A stretch of DNA of 32,000 nucleotides from Cupriavidus necator (GTDB lineage: Bacteria > Pseudomonadota > Gammaproteobacteria > Burkholderiales > Burkholderiaceae). Of the stretch, positions 29,776-32,000 are shown one piece after another. The notes under the pieces were generated by a model. That model saw nothing but the letters and a program-made list of their open reading frames with translations, made no database searches and had not been told where the DNA came from. The stretch is from NCBI RefSeq assembly GCF_016127575.1, contig NZ_CP066019.1:2820001-2852000 (forward strand), read 5' to 3'. Within the stretch, counting starts at the first letter, position 1. Each line of letters starts with the position of its first letter. The position numbers and the translations under genes were made by a program.

Positions 29776-32000
29776 GTGAGCAGACTGTCATATGCCGGTG
29801 GCCCGGCTGAGAGCGCCACCCCGCGCCGTGAGGCCCAGCCGGGCGTCACGCAGGCGCGCGCGCTGATGGACCACCTCGGCTGGATTGCCGCGGCTGGCGT
29901 GGCCGGTGCGGCCGCAGGCTTGCTGGTGGCGCTGTCGGCGCCGCCGCAGTATCGCGCGCAGGCGCTGGTGCAGGTTGAGGGGCGCGATGGCGGCATGCGC
30001 AGCGTCGCCCAGATGCAGGGCCCGGCGGCCTTCGACGCAGGCCTGCTCAAGAGCCGCGCCGTGGTCGGTCCGGTGGTGGAGCGGCTGCGGCTCGATATCA
30101 CCGCGCAGCCGCTGCGTGCGCCGCTGCTGGGCGCGCTGGTCCAGCGCTTTTCCACACCCGGCCAGCCGCGCGGCACCTGGCCTGCCAGCCTGGGCTATGC
30201 CTGGGGCGGCGAGCGTCTGGTAATCGCCAGCATGACCGTGCCCGAGGCGCTGGTAGACCAGCCACTCACCTTCGAGGTGCGCAGCGACGGCCGCTACCGC
30301 CTGATGCAGCAGGACACCTTGCTGCTGGAAGGGCGGGCCGGCGAGACTGCGATGGCCAACGGCATTGTGCTGCGCGTGGACAAGATCGAGGCCGGGCCCG
30401 GTACGCGCTTCCAGCTCACGCGGCACGACCTGGCCCGCACCGCCGAGTCCGTGCGCCGCGGGCTCACGGTGGAAAGCGAACGCAGTGAAACCCCGGCGAG
30501 CCTGGGCGGCGCGGCCGACCCCCTGACCGCGCCGGGCGGCACCGTGCGCGTGAGCTGGCAATACCCGGACCGCCAGCTTGCCGCCCAACTCGTCAACGGG
30601 GTCACGCGCGCCTATATCGACGGCCAGACCGACAAGCGCCGCCAGGACGCGGCCGGCACGCTCGCGTTCCTCTCGGGCGAGCTGCCGCGCGTGCAGAGCG
30701 AACTCACGCGCGCCGAAGAGGCGCTCACGCGCTACCGCGCGCGCACGGGTTCGCTGCAGCCCAGCCGCGACGCGCAGTCGTTCCTCAGCAACAGCATGGA
30801 GTACCAGCGCCAGATCGCAGCGCTCAAGCTTGAGCGCACGCGGCTGCTCCAGCGCTTCACGCCCGAGGCCAACGAGGTCCGCACCGTCGACAGCCAGATC
30901 CAGCAGATGACTCGCGAGCGCGCGGAGATCGACGCGCGTATGCAGACCCTGTCGGCCTCCGAGCGCGAATCGGTGGCGCTCACGCGTGACGTCAAGGTGG
31001 CCGAGGACATGTACATGTCCTTGCGCAGCAAGGTCGAGCAGCTGTCGCTGATGCTGTCCGACAGCTCTACCCAGATGCGCGTGGTCGATGCCGCGATCGC
31101 GCCGGTCACACCGGTCGGTCTCGGCGCGTGGCCGTTCGCCTCCGCCGGCGCCTTGCTCGGCCTGTGCCTGGGCGTGGCCGCGATCAACCTGCGCCAGCGC
31201 ATGCGCCCGTCGGTGGCCAGCGCCGCCGATGCGGAACAGCGCCTGGGCATGGCCATGCTGGGCGATATCGCCTTCAGCAACGAGCAGACCGAGCTGGAAC
31301 GGCTGGTCGAAGCCAAGCGCCGCCTGGGCATCGCTTCCGGCTTTGTGCTGCCGCCCAATGTGCGCCTCGGCCGGCCGGAGTCTGTCACCAGCGTGATCGA
31401 CGCCGCCACGGCCGCCGCGCCCGAGGACGAACGCGCGCGCGCCGAACGGCTGCTGCGCCAGGGCCTGCACGACCAGTTCCTGCTGGCGCGGCGCGCCCCG
31501 CATTCGCTTGCCGTGGAAGGCCTGCGCACGCTGCGGGCGGCGCTGCATTTCGCGTTGCGCGATGCACCCAACTGCGTGGTTGCGGTGACCAGCCCCGCCG
31601 CCAGCGCCGGCAAGACCTTCGCCGCGGTTAACCTCGCGGTGCTGTTCGCCGAAGCCGGCCAGCGCGTGCTGCTGGTCGACGCCGACCTGCGCCGCGGCCG
31701 CGTGGCGGACTGGTTCGACCTGCCTGCCGAGCCCGGGCTGGCAGAAGTGCTCGCTGGCCGCAGCGCGATCGCCGAAGCGGTCAAGCCGAGCGTGGTCAAT
31801 GGCCTGTTCCTGCTCAGCCGCGGCGCGGTGCCGGCCAATCCGTCCGAGCTGCTGATGCTGCCCGCGCTGGCGGAATCCCTGCGGCTGTGCGCGGGGCGCT
31901 TCGACCTGGTGCTGGTGGACACGCCGCCGGTGATGGCGGTGGCCGATGCCACGCTGGTGGCCAACTTGGCGGGTTCCACGCTGGTGGTGGTGCGCGCCGA
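29776..32000 (+). CDS. polysaccharide co-polymerase / tyrosine autokinase (Wzc/EpsB-like), 3' end outside the window
   Basis: Not in the track because it is edge-truncated. GTG start with GAGGAG 8 nt upstream, and the frame appears open to 32000 (translated by eye). It has an N-terminal TM segment, a long coiled-coil periplasmic region (EALTRYRARTGSL..., DVKVAEDMYMSLRSKVEQL) and a second TM segment. The BY-kinase motifs are VTSPAASAGKTF (Walker A), LLVDADLRRG (Walker A') and LVLVDTPP (Walker B). Confidence 0.88.
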   Translation, partial: MSRLSYAGGPAESATPRREAQPGVTQARALMDHLGWIAAAGVAGAAAGLLVALSAPPQYRAQALVQVEGRDGGMRSVAQMQGPAAFDAGLLKSRAVVGPVVERLRLDITAQPLRAPLLGALVQRFSTPGQPRGTWPASLGYAWGGERLVIASMTVPEALVDQPLTFEVRSDGRYRLMQQDTLLLEGRAGETAMANGIVLRVDKIEAGPGTRFQLTRHDLARTAESVRRGLTVESERSETPASLGGAADPLTAPGGTVRVSWQYPDRQLAAQLVNGVTRAYIDGQTDKRRQDAAGTLAFLSGELPRVQSELTRAEEALTRYRARTGSLQPSRDAQSFLSNSMEYQRQIAALKLERTRLLQRFTPEANEVRTVDSQIQQMTRERAEIDARMQTLSASERESVALTRDVKVAEDMYMSLRSKVEQLSLMLSDSSTQMRVVDAAIAPVTPVGLGAWPFASAGALLGLCLGVAAINLRQRMRPSVASAADAEQRLGMAMLGDIAFSNEQTELERLVEAKRRLGIASGFVLPPNVRLGRPESVTSVIDAATAAAPEDERARAERLLRQGLHDQFLLARRAPHSLAVEGLRTLRAALHFALRDAPNCVVAVTSPAASAGKTFAAVNLAVLFAEAGQRVLLVDADLRRGRVADWFDLPAEPGLAEVLAGRSAIAEAVKPSVVNGLFLLSRGAVPANPSELLMLPALAESLRLCAGRFDLVLVDTPPVMAVADATLVANLAGSTLVVVRA

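Overview
High-GC betaproteobacterial DNA. A Cupriavidus/Ralstonia-like origin is inferred only from the look of the proteins. The window spans the replication and partition core of a secondary replicon (chromid or megaplasmid). The core has four parts: (1) a ~1.3 kb field of 17-bp iterons with AT-rich islands and DnaA-box-like sites (17.87-19.18 kb); (2) repA (19232-20326); (3) parA-parB (21110-22785) with a 14-16 bp palindrome as candidate parS; (4) a large integrase-like gene. Two inward-facing CspA-family paralogues bracket the ori-repA module. Left of the origin are housekeeping and transport genes, mostly on the minus strand: zwf, edd, an MscS-family channel, an MFS transporter plus a TonB-dependent receptor, prfC, YihY/BrkB, a sigma-54 activator and an NCS2 purine permease. 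Right of it, genes are mostly on the plus strand: a regulator-dense block (LuxR-type pseudo-response regulator, orphan pseudo-receiver, small hypothetical, DUF1839-like protein, Crp/Fnr regulator) leading into a Wzc-type polysaccharide tyrosine autokinase that runs off the window. The most unusual observation is that seven near-perfect copies of the origin 17-mer also sit in intergenic gaps up to ~17.5 kb left of the origin, and none were found to the right. Two edge-truncated genes (zwf and the wzc-like gene) are missing from the supplied ORF track and were read directly from the sequence. Many long track ORFs are antisense shadow ORFs typical of high-GC DNA. No CRISPR array, tRNA, rRNA, IS element or recognisable defence system was seen.
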